A stretch of DNA of 64,000 bases from Asterias rubens (taxonomy: Eukaryota). Location of the stretch: positions 14,012,001 to 14,076,000 of the forward strand of contig NC_047063.1 of assembly GCF_902459465.1 (NCBI RefSeq), in the 5' to 3' direction. Positions 11,689 to 23,247 of this stretch are shown piece by piece. The position numbers and the translations under genes were made by a program. Numbering within the stretch: position 1 is the first letter of the stretch; every line of letters starts with the position of its first letter. The notes beneath the pieces were generated by a model that saw only the letters and a list, made by a program, of their open reading frames with translations, did not search any database and had not been told where the DNA came from.

Positions 11689-12642
11689 CAGTTTTCATCT
11701 CTGTGAAACGGATGGATGCGAGGGGCGTATGATTCATCATGCTAGATTGTCAAATCCGCCCCCCCCTCCCTTATTTGTTTGGATTCCTCTTTACATCAAC
11801 AGTTCCTTTGTTATTTATGGGTCAGTATGTTTGAGAGGAGAGTTGTTATTTTGCCGAGTGGGATCCTTGATATCAGGATGTGCTTGCCTCAGGGGGCAAA
11901 AGGTGAGGAAATAAGGGAAGAACGTGGTAAATACATAATTCACACATGCACAAACACGCACACAGTAAGATGACAGAATGATACACTGTGGACATCGGCC
12001 ATTGCAAACACCGAGATTGTTAGTCGATCTGGGTTTACATGGTTTAGATTAATGTAAAACATACGTACAAACACTTGATACAATTAAAACAACAAGTGTG
12101 TTATAAATGTCAGCTTCCATGAAATTCTATTTAGGGTTACACAAAAAATTCCAACATCCCTGTTTTGATACCCTAGTGTATTTTCCTAAAAACCCTAACC
12201 CTAACCGTTTCCACAATGTGTAAAAAAAAAATCAGGTTTTTTTTCGGAGCTTGGGGTTGTCAGAACATTGGGGTGTCGGAACTTAGAGCAGTTGAAAGTG
12301 CCCTTTCCTTGTGGTGCTACCAGTATGGCTTTCCCTTTTTTCCAATTAGAAAATGATGACATTTGATAAAAGGAACAGGATCCAGAGTTTCTTGGGACTA
12401 TTTACAGGAAATTGATGAAATATACAGAATCACATCGTTTCATGATTATGTAGTAAACAAATTGTTTTTTTAATTAGTATTTATTGATAATAATACATGT
12501 CATGTGTACAGTTGACATGAATCATCAAGACAATAATCAGGGAGACAAAACACTGCACTGCCAAGTGGTTACCCCACACTACACAAAGCAAACATACATT
12601 TGATAGACACTAAGTTTTCCTGATACATGCCAAATGCCAGCT

Positions 12643-14833
12643 GGGTCATTCCGTGTCAAATCAACCAGTTTTCAGAAAAGTTCCCAGGTGACCCCCTCAG
12701 ATTTTGATGAAACTTCATCAGAATGATTGAATGTGGCTCAAATGAACACATACAAAAAAGCTAAGTCATACTCCATGTCGTTTGCGAGATATGACCCATT
12801 GAAATTTGGTCGAGGCGGCCATTTTGTGCTCGCGCGGGATGCAAAAAGTGATTTTTTTGATAATTTCCGACTTTGAAAGCTCATAATTTAATTATTGTAC
12901 CAGGTAGAGAGCTCAAATTTGGTATTCCATCTTACTTCTTGCCAAATTTCATGAATCTGCACTCAATTTAGATGTATCTCCTTTAATTTTCTAGTTATGG
13001 TCACCTAAAATAGGCACTTTAATCAGCCAAAAATGTTTTTTGTGATTTTTGGGGTCACCCTGTGCCCACATGAGGGGTCAAATAAATCCTATATTCCCTA
13101 GGTATTATCTATGGGTGCATGTTTATACCCATAAGCAATTATAAGCTCACCAATGCAATAATTTAGAATATAGCATGGGCCCAAAGTTGGTTCCAGCCAG
13201 AAAAAGGTCAAAAAGACCCCGCCCGTCTTGACCCCGGTTGACCCCGCGATCAATTGAAATGTTTTTTGAAATTTATACCAGTTAAACATTTATTTTATAT
13301 CTACTTATACACCAATTTTCAGCTTTGGCACTCAACTCCTTCATGGTGTGGTGGCAATTTGAATATTATATGTTTTTGGCACATTTTAATGTAATATCAT
13401 ACAGTGTACATGTACATGTACATTCATGTACACATACAATACATGGTAATATATGTTTGAAGCTTGTGTAACTTATTTTTTCTGGCTAGCATAAAGTAAC
13501 ATCAACGCATTGGCATCTGTGGTGTCTGCGTGATACACAAGTACATATTTTGTTTGAGAAATGAGTGTTTGCATGTGATACACATTAGAGAAGTATTGTT
13601 CTAAAAAAGTAGTGTATGGAAAGTAATACCAGCGTTTAATATGCAAATGAGGTGACCATGTGATTGGAAAGTTTAACCAGCATAAACATAGCATGGAGGA
13701 AACAAAGGGGACTTGGGTTGGGTTAAAACCAGAGAAGAATATGACAGATACTTAGTGTTAAGTACTGGCAGATTTAATTTGTATTGTGTGGTTTGATCCA
13801 TGTTTCAAGTGAAACTACACACGGTACACTGGGGTATGGTTCCATACTGGGGTATGGTTCCAATATTTTGTGTGTGTTATTGGAGAATTTTGCAGCACTT
13901 CGTGGTACCTGCCTTAAATTATTTATTGCAGTTAAAAACATGCATCATCAACCCATTTCTAAAAACAATAACACAAATAAACTTACTTTTTTGCTAGCCA
14001 GAAAAAAATAAGTTACACAAGCTTCAAACATATTTTACCATGTATTGTACATGTGTACATGAATGTACATGTACATGTATACTGTATGATATTACATTAA
14101 AATGTGCCAAAAACATATAATATTCAAATTGCCACCACACCATGAAGGAGTTGAGTGCCAAAGCTGAAAATTGGTGTATAAGTAGATATAATATATATGT
14201 TTAACTGGTATCAATTTAAAAAAACATTTCAATTGATCGCGGGGTCAACCGGGGTCAAGACGGGCAGGGTCTTTTTGACCTTTTTCTGGCTGGAACCAAC
14301 TTTGGGCCCATGCTATTTCTAAATTATTGCATTGGTGAGCTTATAATTGCTTATGGGTATAAACATGCACCCATAGATAATACCTAGGGAATATAGGATT
14401 TATTTGACCCCTCATGTGGGCACAGGGTGACCCCCAAAATCACAAAAAACATTTTCGGCTGATTAAAGTGCCTACTTTGGGTGACCATAACTAGAAAATT
14501 AAAGGAAATACATTTAAATTGAGTGCAGATTCATGAAATTTGGCAAAAAGTAAGATGGAATACTGAATTTGAGCTCTCTACCTGGTACAAAAACTAAATT
14601 ATGAGCTTTCAAAGTCGGAAATTATCACAAAAATCACTTTTCGCGTCTCGCGCGAGCACAAAATGGCCGCCTCGGCCAAATTTCAAACGGTCATATCTCG
14701 AAAACGACATGGAGTATGACTTAGCTTTTTTGTCTGTGTTCATTTTTGCAACATCCAATCATTCTGATGAAGTTTCATCAAAATCTGAGAGGGTCACCTG
14801 GGGACCACTGGTTGATTTGACACGGAATGACCC
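12643..14833. mobile_element. Foldback non-autonomous DNA transposon, ~850-bp TIRs, 4-bp TSD AGCT (Sola2-like)
   Basis: Arm 12643-~13499 is the reverse complement of ~13983-14833 with scattered mismatches. GGG..CCC termini, AGCT at 12639-12642 and 14834-14837. Confidence 0.9.
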
Positions 14834-14929
14834 AGCTGCATTAATATTTCTTTTAGATTTCACGTCACTTTCACAATAAATCATACAGTAAAACAAACAA
14901 AACCAATTGAAATGTTCCAGATTGCACAT

Positions 14930-15110
14930 TTTAAAAACCAATCATACACAACATTTGAAGCACCTCGTTTCAAATCAGCATCATCGGTCAAACTTGCAGA
15001 ACTTTGTTTCGTCCCAGGGAGAACCCAGATACGTACAGATGATGGAAGTAGGAGTACAGTATTTTATAGTGGGAGACTTTGGAACACCATTGAGCAAAAT
15101 GGGTTTACCT
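14930..15110 (+). mobile_element. Degenerate LINE ORF2 3' fragment (LCFVPGRTQIRTDDGSRSTVFYSGRLWNTI)
   Basis: VP..RT..G.RS..Y.G..LWN motif of CR1/L2-type elements. Confidence 0.6.
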
Positions 15111-15832
15111 GGTCAAGTGTCACTGTGTGCTGCCACCTAGTGGCCCAAAAAGTGTCCCCAATGTCACATACTGTACAGCATGCAGAGGTCATACATGTAC
15201 ATGTATACGTATGTACACAAGAGCATGTATGTATGTAGCTCATGTAGAGTGTGCATGTAGTGTCCAAAATTGTCCACACCAAATCTACTTTGCATCAATC
15301 CCAGGATGTAAATAATGTATGATCCCTGCTATCTTTGCACAATGACCTGCTAATAGTTGCAAGGTCGCTCTTCTTGCTACAGTCATGGAGCATCTAGTTT
15401 ATTGCTCCATGCTACAGTTTACAGTGATCACTAATTGACACTCAGGGTGTTGCAATAGCCATGACATTATCGATAACACAATTAGTATCAATAACAACAA
15501 TGATCCGAACATGTCAAGCACACAGGAAGTCAACATGTGTACACCAATACATGTTTGTAAACATGAGGCATAAGTAGGCCTACATGTCCATAAAAAAGAC
15601 ATTGAAAAGCCATCAGGCTCAAAGACCAATCTACAGCAATACAGGATGTCAATTTATTGTAAATGTACTCAAAAATAAACCGCATGATATTTTACCCTTG
15701 GGGGTAGAGAAACATTTTAATTAGTACGAGGGCCGACCTACATGTACATTGTAGGCACAGGGTTTCAATAGACTTGTCAGGCTTTTACAGTAAGTAACAA
15801 TTCCTGAGGGCCAACAAATCTGGAATCAGACT

Positions 15833-16225
15833 TTAAAGGAACATTACAGAATTGGTTTTTGCTAACAAAACAGTTGCTGGCAGTGTAAAGCACCTAAATG
15901 TAATCCACCATATACATGTACATAAACTGACAAACCTGTAGAAGTTTGAGATCGATCGGTCATCTGGGTCACGAGAGAATAGTGAGAATAGTGAAAAACC
16001 GATTACAAATTTTGCATTGCATCGATGCAAAAATAAAAATGAATAAAACGCTCACTGAGCGATAAACTCCACACGAGAAGTTAGATTTTCTCATCAAATG
16101 ACATTTCAGACAGAAATATTTCAAGGGATGTTTTCAACTATCATCATCATTAGACCGTGTTAGTTTTATGTAAATCTGTGATCTTCACGATTTTGTTTCT
16201 TACCAATAATGTAACGTTCCTTTAA
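15833..16225. mobile_element. TTAA-flanked MITE family D (ttaaaggaacattacagaattgg..ccaataatgtaacgttcctttaa)
   Basis: TIRs and TTAA at both ends. Confidence 0.8.
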
Positions 16226-17242
16226 GTGGGATGAGTCATTATGCCCGAAAAAAAAGTATCTTTACAATGTTCTTAGAAATAAGAAGGTTATAATGAGCGC
16301 TTCCTATATCTCTGTAATAAAAGGAACAGAAAACAATATCCAATTTTCACTGCATCCTTGAGATTTTTTCGAGATTACAGTATTTTTTTTTAAATGAATT
16401 TTTTTTTTAGTCATGGTGACTATGCTTGGAGCTAACAAATGTTTACATAAATGAACCCGAAATGAGACATTATCTGTTTTTTAAAAAAACATGTCGCTCT
16501 TTTTACATGAATTATGAAAAAACACCTAAGGCCTAGTACTAATCCAGTATCAAAATTATCACATTACAAGATAATTGTCCCTCTGTTTGTTGAAGGATAG
16601 TTCCATTTCCTTCCAAGAATTGCAAGAGCCATGTTCAGATGTTTGTCCTGATCTTGGTGCTAGACATTTTAATGTGGTTACTGTCTAAAATGAGAGAAAA
16701 TTATCTCTAAATACCCAGGCGGCATGTATGTTTGTCTGTAAAAAAATACGTAATTTACAAAGTAACTTTTACCTAATCAGGGAAAGATTTCATCCAGCAA
16801 ATTTGTATTACATGTACATGTACTTGCACTAAACATATTTTGTGCAGACTAAATGCTAATATTGAGCAGCAAATGGTGATTTTTGAGTAGCAACTGAGAC
16901 TTTGCGTAGCATTTTGCTCTGCTTTACAAGGGAAAGCGTTCACTGCTAAGTAACCATCCACACTGAACAATGAACAGATCAGGCTAAAACAACTTGACTT
17001 GATGGTTAACAAAGCATTCAATGAGTCGTGAAGACCATGACATTAAATCATTCATGCGATACGTCCTTCACCTTATTATCAAACACAGTTGTCTCAAACA
17101 ATCTCTGGACAGTAAACATATTATGGGAATAAAGGCAATTATGCAAACTGCTACATGTATATTTGATCAGAAGATTTTTCTACTCCAAGCAGAGTTTTAT
17201 GGAATATAAAATAATCCATAACTCTGCTGAGTAGAAAATCTT

Positions 17243-17295
17243 AACCTGAACCCTAACCCTAACCCTAACCCTAACCCTAATCCTAACCCTAACCC
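17243..17295. repeat. (CCCTAA)n telomere-motif tract, ~8 units
   Basis: Read directly. A shorter tract at ~12191-12206 has similar downstream sequence. Confidence 0.9.
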
Positions 17296-17689
17296 AAACG
17301 TGTAAATCATCAGGTTTGTTTCGATCATGTCGGAACAAACATAGAGCAGTCACAGTCACCACTAAAGAGTGCAAGGGTTTCTACAGTAATAGGACTATTA
17401 CAATGTGGTGGTACAAGATTTGCACACAAATGTAGTTCACAGGTCACAGTCAGGAAAGTGTGAGCACATGAAGGTGCTTTCTGTAGTACTACAAATGTAT
17501 TTAAGTTCAGCAGCAGGTAGTTAAGGTGTTTACAATTGGAATGTTGCCCACTGAGTCAGGTGTCTTGCCCCGAGTGGCCCGACCTGACTGGCCCCTCTTG
17601 ATGGAATGTTTCCGCTTCTATTTGAATCCAATCCCCCCAATGTTTACAGTATTGGGAAATGAAGGCTCACGTTTTTACATTGTATGACA

Positions 17690-18049
17690 TATTATTGTAT
17701 AATAACAACTCGTTTTTATATAGCGCTTTTCACGCCAGGAGGGTGTCCGCAAGGACTTCACACTATTACCCCTGGTCACTGGCCCTTAATTCACTCCTTA
17801 AACCATCTCAGCTCCCTAGTGAGGAGTATACAGCCTTGTGCAACATTAATATGCGTTACTCGGCTAAATCAATCACAAGAACCATCACAGGTACCCATTT
17901 ACCCCTGCCCCTGGGTGGAGAGAAGCAATTATAGTGGAGTGTCTTGCTCAGAGACACAAGTATCACGACCGGGATTCGAACAGACACTGTGATGAACAGA
18001 AGCACCAGAGCTTGAGTTCGGTGCTCCTATCCACTCGGCCATAACACCC
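17690..18049 (-). mobile_element. tRNA-derived SINE with central gtgtc.ctgagcaagacact domain and L2-like gcgctatataaa tail
   Basis: A-box (tggccgagtgg) and B-box (gttcgaatcc) on the minus strand, LINE-like 3' tail. Related fragments near 10270-10400, 46030-46165 and 48555-48750. Confidence 0.8.
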
Positions 18050-18051
18050 TA

Positions 18052-18420
18052 CATTTAGGCATTAACAAGAAGGTGACCTTGTGCAATCCAGGGCCTGTCT
18101 GGCAGGCAAGATACATGTAGGCCCTGGTCATCAACAACAAATGGTGTACTCTTTGTGTCACCATTCAAACATAAATTCAAGACTTATAATAAATAACAGC
18201 TGAACTAGTTTCAAGGTGTGTCCCAAAAAAATTAACAAAAATCATACAGTGCAATCTTCATAAAACACAAACTTGAATGTTTGAATGTTTGAATGTTTTC
18301 TTCCATACATTTAGCTGTGTACAAATTGTGCCTGCAGGTAGTTCAGGCTCTGTTGGTTCTTTAGTAAACAAGATGTCACAGGCGGTATGGTCTTCACCAA
18401 GCACAGAAAACAATCCATTA
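18052..18420 (-). pseudogene. Decayed coding relic of unknown family, copy A (GEDHTACDILFTKEPTEPELPAGTIC...VVDDQGLHVSCLPDRPWIAQGHLLV)
   Basis: Homologous to 27490-27800 with mostly synonymous differences. Contains stops/frameshifts and is bounded by a SINE insertion. Confidence 0.6.
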
Positions 18421-19527
18421 AATGAGGTGAATCCTTCAGAGTGTCTACTGTTCCAATTTAGCCCACAGGCGTAAGTACTGCACACTGCCTATGGCTGCGC
18501 CGCCATTACTCGGTTGCGGCAGCGCAATGCTTTGTACACAATAAGAAAATCGTTGTATTTTTACTCTTTATGTGATTAGTTTCAACAATTATTCGTTTGA
18601 CTACTGGCCACACATGTACTCTACATTGTAATAATAGTGAACCTTTGTGCAATTGACATTGTACCAAATTGTCCATTACATTGTGCACAGTGTAGATCTG
18701 TGATACATGATGATGAATCACAATGTAAACACAATGCAAAGTCACAACATCTGCAGTCATTCACATTGGCCACTCAAACGATAAACAAATGCGACAACAC
18801 ATAAATCTATCACACTCCACAAAACTACAAATGTTCATTACCAGGGCTGGATTTCACAAAGAGTTATGACTAGTCAAGTATCTCGAACTTAGGACAAGAA
18901 TCCTTGTTCTAACTTAGGACTAGCCTTGAGTTTTTATTTAGGACTAGTCCGCAGCTCTTTGTGAAATCAACCCCAGAGCATTTAAGTTGACTTGTCAGTA
19001 GGATGTCCTTGAACCCTTCCAGGGTAGGCCCTACTATTTAACAATGATCTTGTTATTATATTTTGAGATGTACTGCATGAACACAACATAAGCAAGAACA
19101 TGTAAACACACAGCTGGTAATGTACTTGAATCCCGGTGATATGTAGCAAGGTTTATTTTTAGCTGAGGTGATTGTCCCTCCAGGGTACTCGGTAACCTTT
19201 CATACCCCCTAAATGTTGTACAGGTTAAACATCGGTATGTAATTTAAAAAACAAAACAAAAAAGGTGGACAAATGGGGGGGGGGATGGGTTTGGTTAGAT
19301 AGTTAGTATGTTAAGCCGGCAAAAAGGACTTAACTTTCTCTTTCAGACAAAAAAGGTGTAAAAGCACGACTCATCAATAGTATGCTTTGAGGAGTGGCCG
19401 GTGTCGTCTCATTGAGACTGCACAACCTGCAAGTTAAAAGTGCATGTATTTTATAAAAATTTAACTAGGGACATGAGGGGGTGGGGGTGTATAGATAAAC
19501 TAAACATCAGTTGAGTGACCAATTTCT

Positions 19528-19730
19528 GGGCCCAATTTCCTGAAGCCTGTAAGCACAAAAACCTGCTAAGCACAACAAGTATTGCTTCACAGAAATGGGT
19601 ACCCAGCCAAATTACATTAAGTTTACATTGTTGTGACTGGTGTCCCACTAAATTTTTGCTTCTGAAGCAAAGAAATTTGTCAGGCAGTATTTTCTGCTTT
19701 TAAAACAGCTTTAAGAAACTAAGCCCTGCT
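19528..19730. mobile_element. ~200-bp MITE family (TIR gggcccaatttcat(a/g)gagctg)
   Basis: TIRs. Further copies or fragments near 21520, 26049-26245, 35700-35895, 38060-38240, 42440-42487 and 51130-51325. Confidence 0.7.
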
Positions 19731-20608
19731 TTTGATAAAACATCTACTTATATCCCTGTAGCATGTTTGTACACTTAGGGCCACATAAATGTACTGCTAA
19801 TTCATCTCAATACATCAATGCTGTGGATGTGATCCAGAGACTTGAGAGCTGCCAACAATTGCATCTTGCAATCAGGGAGATTTTGTACAACAATCAGGGA
19901 TATTCAATATTACCAGGGACAAACTTTCCGTAATCAGGGAGATTTTCAAGATGAAAAGATTGGTTTTACTTTCAGCAAACTTCCTGCAGAGTAAGGAGAT
20001 TTGGCAGGTTACACAATGTGTATGGAGACTAAGACCAGAGCAATGTGATCAGCCAAAACATTTTGTGCGTACTATGTGTACATGAACACAGTGTGGGTAA
20101 TGGGTAATGTGTACAATGTACTAACTATACATGTTGTAGGGGTAGTCATAATTCTGTGAAGGGACTGCTATGGGAATTTTAAAATGTACAATGGCCAGAT
20201 GTATGTTGTAAACACAAAATGTACTAGTCACACATTTGCACATCCAAAACTTCCATGGATCAAACATTCATTGTACGTATGCATCACACACAACTGCACT
20301 TTAAGAATGAAAACAGACTATTACAAAACTAGTGGCAGCATGATTTTTTGTGCAATGTGTTTTGCCAATTATCTGTCTGTTTACAGTTCTTGAACCCATG
20401 TCAATTAGGACTATATATTCCGATCCCACCATGTCACTTAACTCTTATGTGGATGTACTACGACGTTGAATGAATGTTCTGGCATCTGCCTCATTATAAC
20501 AGATTATAATATTGAATAAACAAAACCTACAGTAACATGAAACTGGCCCTACATGTTTACATCCTGAACAACCCCCACTAGTCAAAATCCTTCTATAGTT
20601 GCTTCTCG

Positions 20609-20993
20609 TTAAAGACACTGGACACTATTGGTAATTGTCAAAGACCAGTCTTCGCACTTGGTGTATACATCTCAACATGCATAAAATAACAAATCTGTGA
20701 AAATTTGAGCTCAATTGGTTGACGAAGTTGCGAGATAACATTGAAAGAAACTAACAGTTTCATTTGAAGTTGTGTGCTTTCAGATGCTTGATTTCAAGAC
20801 CTCAAAATCTAATTCTTAGGTCTTGAAATCAAATTCATGGAAAATTACTTCTTTCTTGGAATTACTCCACTTCAGAGGGAGCCATTTCTCACAATGTTTT
20901 ATCAACTTCCCCCCATTACTCGTTACCAACTCTAGGGAGGTTCTATGCTATAAATTATTTGGAGTAATTACCAATAGTGTCCACTGCCTTTAA
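20609..20993. mobile_element. TTAA MITE family A, copy 3
   Basis: TTAA both ends, family TIRs. Confidence 0.85.
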
Positions 20994-22893
20994 CTGCACA
21001 TCAGTAAATTACATTAGCCTATTTAAATTCAATCTCGGTCATGACATGTGTCTGTAAGCCTAAACAGCCATGATGCATGTGTCTGTAAGCCTAAACAGCC
21101 AGGATGCAGTTGGGTACTAAACAATCGTGACCTCAATGATCAGCAACATGTGTGCTCATTTAGCTGATGGTGCTGCATACTCTAAAGGATAAACCTGTGG
21201 AATTAGTGTTAGTGTTTTTATGACAATTGGTATTTAAGTGACTTAGGCTTAGAGTAGATGAAAATATTCACTATAAATAGTAAATTTATCAACTCATTGA
21301 GTCAATACACTGCATGCCCCAGTGTCATTTCATTAATTTCTATCGAATTTATTCACAATTTTGGTTGTCTGTGAATCTGTAAAAACATCTACTGGTAATC
21401 TGGCCATTTAGGCAGTAATTCATGATTTATAAATAATAAATGATCTAAAAATAATCTTGCAAACAAGAATTTTTTATGTAGATAAAATTGTATTTCATGC
21501 TTCTCAACACTGAACAGAGTCCAATTTCATAGAGCTGGGCCTAATTTCATGGCTCTTCGTTTACTTTTAATGTTCAAGCAAAGAGTCTGCGCTTACAGAA
21601 TCAATGATCAAGTCAGGCAAGTTGGGATAAAACAGCACAGCAAGATCGACACACCCATGGGAAGAAGCTTTGTAATCTGCCCTCATTCATCAACCCCCCC
21701 CCTCCTATCCCAAACCCTCTCTCCATGCAAAGAAGCTCTTGTCAGCCTGTAGCCCTTAAATTCTACTCAGGCCTGTGTTGTAAAGCACTACAAGGTTAAT
21801 TTACTGTACATGTACAGTACATGTTTACACTTCAAACACACTGCACTAGTGCAGGCCTGTATGTTACGCACCCCTCACAGCAGCAATACTCGTGCCCTTC
21901 AATCTACACATTCATTCCCTCACAGTATTTACAATTAAAAGTGTACTGCAAAAGTTCAACACTTATAAAAACACCCCATCAATCGACCACTGATGATTCA
22001 GCGAGGGTTTGATTCTCCAATCTAAATATAGCTTTATACAATTACACTGCTTGAGCAGCAGACTACACTCATCCCTTAACACTGTCTCCCATGTGTACGA
22101 CTTGTACTATAAACCACATACCGATTGTACTCGTCAAATTGAGCTGTCAGCTTGTTTATAATGAGTCAGTAGTAACGCTAGCAGAGTCTTCCTGGTTCAG
22201 TTAGTTGATGATGTGATGCACGTCTTAATCAAATCTTACAATGCACATCCAATGTGCAATACATGTATTTCATATATACAAAGTACTCAAACAATGTAGG
22301 CCTACACTACATTGTATCCTAAAAAACAAAAAATCCCAGTACACCTTAAAAAAATATTGTACACACACAAAATCGTACTGATATCTTATATATTGCATTT
22401 ACTGTGTGAATTATGTGCACAAAATGCACCTAGGCATTTTCTTTATGGTAAAGGCACCCTATGAGGAAATTATAAATTTCTACTGTATGGAGGTTTTCAA
22501 GGGCACCAAGGCAATGACCGGGGGCATCGAGGCAATCGCCTTTATTGCCTCAGTGAAGTATTAGGCTTGAATTTTAATTTTTTACAAACAATGCACCGAT
22601 TGTCACAATGTCTTCCCTCAGGACATGCTCTTGATTACGTGTAAGACAATTGTAAGAGGCTCAAAATCTGGGCTGAAAGGTTAAAGCCTTTGTGTTCTTT
22701 GAAATACTTTGGCTTAAAGAATTCAGAGCTGTATAAACCTAACAGGATACAAAATGTGCATGATTGTATGGCCTCCAAATTGGGTTGGCCTAATTATGTA
22801 CCGGTACACACTTGCCTGCATACTACATTTCATTTTATAGTAGTTGGATGTATGAATGTATGAATGCCCTTGCCTAATTCGGGCCTAGATATT

Positions 22894-23247
22894 GGCACTG
22901 GACACTATTGGTAATTACTCAAAATAATTGTAGCATAAAGCCTTACTTAGTAATAAGCATAAGAGAGCTGTTGGTAGTTGGTAGCTCCCTCTGAAGTAAC
23001 AGTGTTTTTAAAAAAGAAGTAATTTTCCATGAATTTGATTTTAGAGGTCCCGAAATCAAGCATCTGAGAGCACACAACTTACATGTAGTATGACAAGGGC
23101 GTTTTTTCTTCCATTATTATCTCGTAACTTCGACAACCAATTGAGTTCAAATTTTCACAGGTTTGTTATTGTACGCATGTTGAGATACACCAAGTGAGAA
23201 GACTAATCTTTGACAATTACCAAGAGACAAGTATCAAGTGCCTTTAA
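22894..23247. mobile_element. TTAA MITE family A, copy 4
   Basis: Family internal sequence and TIRs, left TTAA degraded. Confidence 0.8.

Noticed and set aside
21045-21110. 31-bp tandem duplication (also short duplications at ~13828, ~51361, ~58912)
   Set aside because: Isolated two-copy slippage events with no further structure.
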